Below the pieces are notes generated by a model. That model was not told the DNA's origin and searched no databases. It was given only the letters and a program-made list of their open reading frames with translations. A stretch of DNA of 64,000 bases, taken from NCBI RefSeq assembly GCF_964204645.1, contig NC_134030.1:16740110-16804109 (forward strand). The letters are read 5' to 3'. Positions 59,101 to 64,000 of the stretch are shown here, piece by piece. The stretch comes from Tubulanus polymorphus. Its lineage: Eukaryota; Animalia; Nemertea. Both the position numbers and the translations under genes were made by a program. The stretch's first letter is position 1. Every line of letters begins with the position of its first letter.

Positions 59101-61082
59101 CAGGGGCGTAGCCACCGGTGCGACAACTGCGACATATATCGCACCAATAATTGAAAAACCCATTATGCTAAAACGTCATAAGAAACGTTATTCTGTGTTT
59201 ACATGAGGGGGGTGTCAAGTTCTATTGATGATGTCAGTGGTGCTAATACGGAAGCGTTGGTAATGCACTTGAGATTTTCGGTGTAGGCCACGTCCAAAGT
59301 GACTCCAACGAGTTTTGTTCATAGTGTTATTCATAGTGTTTACAGTATCACATCTGGACCATGCACCTGATCTGTCAGTATCAAAGTTGCCGAATTGAGA
59401 AAATTTTTTTAGCCCACTTTGGACTTTAGTCCCAGCGGGCTATTGCGTTCACTCATCCGTTGTCCGTCCGTTCGTAGACGGAATCCAGTTATTTTGGGAA
59501 GTTTTGAAGATGCTTCAAGGTTTTGTCTTGATATTTGGTTTATAGCCTACATGTATCTACCCTAGACACATCTTCAGCCCAAAAACTGGCCCTGTCAGAA
59601 TCAAGATGGCCGACTGGCAGCCATTGTTGTTCGCCAAAATCAGCACTTTTTACACATTTTCGAAGTTTTTGAGGGAAATTTTGAAGACGCTTTGATCAAT
59701 TACCTTGATCTTTCGTATATATTTGAATCTACCAAGGGCCCATCTGCATAAGAAAAATTGGGTCGATCTGACACAAGATGGCCGTCCTATGACCTTTTTA
59801 GTGCCCAAAAATGTCAATTTTGGCCAGAATTCTAGGTCCTGTAGCTTCCTACTGGTTTGCCATTTCTCATTGCAATTTGTGATGGGTATTCTTTGGAAAG
59901 GGATGCTTTATACCTGAGACAGGTATTTTTGATCAGCCAATTATGACGCATTTAGCGGCCATCTTGGTGTCATCAGTACTCATTCGTAGGTGGGAAAAAT
60001 TTTCCACATTAAATTGATACCTAAGCATATTGTGTTTCTATATTCAATTGGAAAGTTATAGCCCATAACTTGTTCTATGATATTGATGAGTTTCAAGGTC
60101 ATTGGTTTTTGTATGTGGCCACCAGGGGGCGTTGGATAATACAATAACTTAGTATTTCTATAGACACATTTGTACCTGTATGCATATTTTGTTACCACAA
60201 TCAATTGCAAAGTTTTAGCTCATGACATCTTCCATGATTTTGGTGAGTTTTAAGGACATTAGTGATTCTATATGGTCACCAGGGGGCGTTGAATAGTAGA
60301 ATAACTTGGTATTTCCTTATTAGATTGGTACCTAGGCATATTTTGTTACCATGATCAATTGCAAAGTTGTATTTCATGACATGTACTACGATTGTGGTGA
60401 GTTTTAAGGTCATTGGGATTTGCATATGGACACCAGGGGGCGTTGAATAGTAGAATAACTTAGTATTTTCACATTGAATTGGTAACGAGGCATATTTTGT
60501 TATCACAATCAATTACAAAATCGTAGCTGCTGACACGTTCTATGATTGTGGTGGGTTTCAAGGTCATTGGTTTTTGTAAATGGTCACCAGGGGGCATCGA
60601 ATATTGAAATTGTTAGATTGTTGAGCATTTGAAACCACTTCCCAAGTGGGCAAGGTGTCCCTGGACCCCTTGTTCATATTACTTTAGAGCGACTTAAAAC
60701 AGTATTCTTTGGGTTATATTTCACTGATTCTGTAGGTGTTTTTTATTCATGAAAAATGGACCATAATAAAGGATTTGACCAAAAAATTCTGGTCAAGTGC
60801 CGAGAGATGGAAACCGAGAAAATCGGGAGATTGAGAGTATTGATCAATAAGCTAACATAAGTTAACTATTCATCTACTACCACTTGTATCAAGGGGTACT
60901 CGATCAGGTTTGCCCATCTATTTTTCCAGTTCATGATTTTGACAGGCTCTTGTACAAACATGAATGTTTTTTTCCGGACCAAACCCCCCTTCGAGGTATC
61001 GCGCCTTCGGCGGTTATTTGGATGTGCGCACCTTCGCACTCCGGATTGTCGCACCATTGAATTTTAGGTGGCTACGCCCCTG
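59101..61082. mobile_element. Non-autonomous hAT-type element interrupted by a HINE
   Basis: 16-bp TIR CAGGGGCGTAGCCACC; flanks do not give a clean TSD. Confidence 0.65.
59404..60674 (+). mobile_element. Helentron-associated non-autonomous element (HINE/DINE-like) with central ~155-bp tandem repeats
   Basis: T-run plus AGCCCACTT, GTCC microsatellite, four units containing CACCAGGGGGC, then AAGTGGGC plus a 3' stem-loop and TTGTT; a second 3' end lies inverted at about 61814-61850. Confidence 0.75.
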
Positions 61083-61879
61083 ATTAAATCATAGACCTAT
61101 GCCTCGGTCTCAGCTTTTACAAATTGAGGGCTAAACTTAAATCGAAATAAGTTGGGAAAGATTCAAGATTTGAAAAAGATTACTCTATAAATTTGTTAAC
61201 CATGCACCTGGAATGGTGAAATTTTCATATGCATCAGAGCTAAAATAATAATTAATTATAAATTCAATAAAGCCAGTGACAATAAGCACAATGTCACATC
61301 CTCACTTTCCAGGATTTGATCACCTGCTGCTGTTAAAGCTCATGCCAACACGCCGCAGTTCATTCATTAATCTATTATACGGCTTACCGCTTTGCAGCCA
61401 CCAGGCATCGAGCCAATTTCCAATTAGTTTGATCAGTTGGATAACTAGCAATTGGAAATCGGAAGCCAGTGTTTGCCATGTTTGTGTTCGCATGATCTTC
61501 ATCAGCAGGCAATCTAACCCTGGCTAGTGAGGACGTATTGTCATAACAGGCTTTATCTCAGCTGGTTTTCTTTCCTGCACGAATACTTTTAAACAATTGC
61601 ATGTTCAAATCATACACGACTAACTCTGATTCCACTGTTGTTTGAAAATATGAATATCCATTCAATCAATTCAGTCAATTCGTTCAATCTCACAACTGTT
61701 GAACCAAGTAGGCGTATGATTTTGGTTCATTCATTTATTAGGCACACAAAAGATCATATAAAGTTCCGCTGCACTAGCTTGATCAGTGGGGGATCATTCA
61801 TTTATCACTATGCAAACTAGGGGTCCAGGGACACCATGCCCACTTGGAAAGGTTAAAAAATTAGAAACGTGATATTCGA

Positions 61880-62480
61880 ATGCAATCAGTGGAGCTCCCT
61901 GATGGATATTTTCTCTTCGAGAAAAAGGTCACCAATATGAAAATCGGAACTTTTTGTTGTGGAAATTCAACGAATGCAGCCAAAGTCTGCAAAGAAATCA
62001 ACATTCAGTCGGATTTCAAAGTAACTTCGACGGTATTGCATCGGACTATCAATCTAATAGAGTTCAAAATTAATGATCAGGTCGACACTGAAAATTCGTT
62101 ACATTTGATTTTATATCAAATCAAACTTTTGAAAATTTGTAATGGATTTCTACCTTCTTGCGAAAAATGTACATCGACCGACACTTCTTATAAAAGCATG
62201 ATTGATAAAACCCGATTAAGATCAATGAATTGTCGCATAATTCATTCGGACGTCAATACAAATTGTTCAACATGTAAATATTGTAAATACTACATGCTCA
62301 CTCAAAATGCTTTAAAAAAGACTTAGGCCTACTGGAATTAAGTGAAAAAGATAGCAATGACCTGATCAAGTTGCTGGACGACTTTTTGGAAAAAGTTCCT
62401 GACAATGAAGAACTGAAACTGTTCTTACGTGTCCAAAATGACAGTTTATCGTACCAAGACAAAAGACAGTGGAAATGGAA
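61880..62480 (+). pseudogene. Cys-rich ORF fragment, possibly the N-terminal region of a DNA transposase
   Basis: 148-aa ORF (RLRSMNC...CSTC) that appears to continue past a stop; no catalytic motif seen. Confidence 0.25.
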
Positions 62481-62500
62481 GTAAGTTCATACCACCGTTA

Positions 62501-62660
62501 GGGATCATTCATTTATTACGTATGGCTAAAATTAGAATTTTTCAACCCCCCTCCCCCTCTACGTAAAATCGGCCATTTATTCATATACATTAAGCATCAC
62601 AGTACACAATTGCACTGACCCCCCTTCCCCTAATGTGTACGTAATAAATGAATGACCCCC
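62501..62660. mobile_element. MITE with GGG(A/G)TCATTCATTTATTACGTA TIRs (Zator-like, TWA target)
   Basis: ~22-bp TIRs, preceded by TTA. Confidence 0.75.
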
Positions 62661-62965
62661 TAGCCCTAAGTGGGCTTTAAAAAATTAGTATCCTTTCTCA
62701 ATAATGACCTAAAAACCCTCACTTGCCAGGGTTTGATTTCCTCCCGCCAAAGCTCATTCATGCCAACATTAACCGAGGCCCCAGTTCCTGCATGAATCTT
62801 TTACATGGCACTGATTTCTTGGGCAGAAAAGTTGGAACTTGACTACCACCAGTCTATATATCTAGCCAATTAGATACATTGTTTGTATCGAGCCAATTTG
62901 ATAGTTTGATAAATTGTCCCTCTCATAAGATCATATAAAGTGCCGCAGCACTAGCTTGATTAGTT

Positions 62966-63307
62966 GGGGATCATTCATTTATTACGTACGCATAAAATAT
63001 GAATTTTTCAACCCCAGGCCCTCCCCCATGTATGCAAAATCGGCTATTTTTTCATATGCATTAAGCATTACAGTGACATGCAAATTTGCACTTAGGGGTC
63101 ATTCATTTATTACGTACGCATTAGGGGAGGGGGAAGGGGTCAGTGCAATTGCGTACTGTAATGCTTAATGTATATGAAAAAATGGCCGATTTTGCGTACA
63201 GAGGGGGAGGGGGGGTAAAAAAATTCAAATTTTATGCGTACGTAATAAATGAATGATCCCTTACGTCTCCCCCTCCCCTATTGCGTACGTAATAAATGAA
63301 TAAGCCC
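62966..63307. mobile_element. Same MITE family, with a second inverted copy (63095-63260) nested inside it
   Basis: The inner copy has TIRs and TTA on both sides (63092-63094 and 63261-63263). Confidence 0.8.
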
Positions 63308-64000
63308 TTAGCAATTGGAAATCAGAAGCCAGAGTTTGCCATAAACTTTAGTGGCAGGATGCATTCGATTGACTAAGTATATAGACTGGTAGCCACTCAG
63401 CGGCAATTTGTCTCCCTAAGAAATATTGGATAGTGTAATAGACTGATGAATGATCTGCAGCCACAGTTAGTGTGGGCATGATCTTCATCAGCAGGCAATA
63501 AAACCCTGGCAAGCCAGGATATCATATATGCAGGTACCAATCTTTTGCCTGTACTTTAAGGCTGGCTTATGTCAACAACCCACGCAACTGAGAGCAACCG
63601 CGATCGCAGCCCTGCTTATGTTGACTGTGCTCCGATTCGTAGCAACTGATAGGATTTCGGGATAGGATTTCCTCCCAGTTGCTTTCCTGCTTATGTCGGT
63701 TACGATTACTGGCAACTGCAATGGCTCAGATGGTCACGTGATAAGCATTTTGAGAATAGATTTGAATTATTGGGAAATATGTTTCTATTAGAAAAGCTAT
63801 TTCTTTAAGATCTTTATCTTTCTGATTCTGTTTTTAATACGATGTGCTAGCAACATCATATAAAGATGGCCTCTTACATCATAATTCTGCCAATTTCGTT
63901 TCTAGATCTTCGGTCCAGTCATCTGCCGTGCTGAAGGTTTGGTTTATATTTTGAACTACTTGAATTTGAAAGTTTATGACTAATTACGAATGGCGCTAAC

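Overview
AT-rich eukaryotic (probably marine invertebrate) repeat-dense region with no recognisable host gene. Bases 1-46880 hold four copies (P1-P4) of one Polinton/Maverick (adintovirus-like) family. P4 (25230-43370, 18.1 kb) is full length, with ~460-bp TIRs and a 6-bp TSD (AATACA), and is inserted in opposite orientation inside the polB gene of P3. P1 is inserted into a Copia element. P2 and P3 are truncated. The family encodes pPolB (with zinc fingers and an Endo VII/HNH-like insert), penton, major capsid protein, packaging ATPase, chromodomain integrase, several membrane proteins and an HNH nuclease, but no visible adenain protease. The most unusual feature is that every element end is itself a 120-410 nt fold-back hairpin. 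Its arms co-vary between copies and even between the two ends of P4, and its mismatches are G-T and tandem G-A pairs only on the strand carrying the 3' end, as in parvovirus or Streptomyces telomeres. Core genes share a TAAATG start motif, while accessory genes sit behind a shared leader-exon/intron cassette. The rest of the window contains a CR1/L2-type LINE, two TAGG-ended DNA transposons with 7-bp TSDs, a Helentron-type HINE, MITEs and a Penelope-type hammerhead ribozyme. All calls are by eye; no database search was run.
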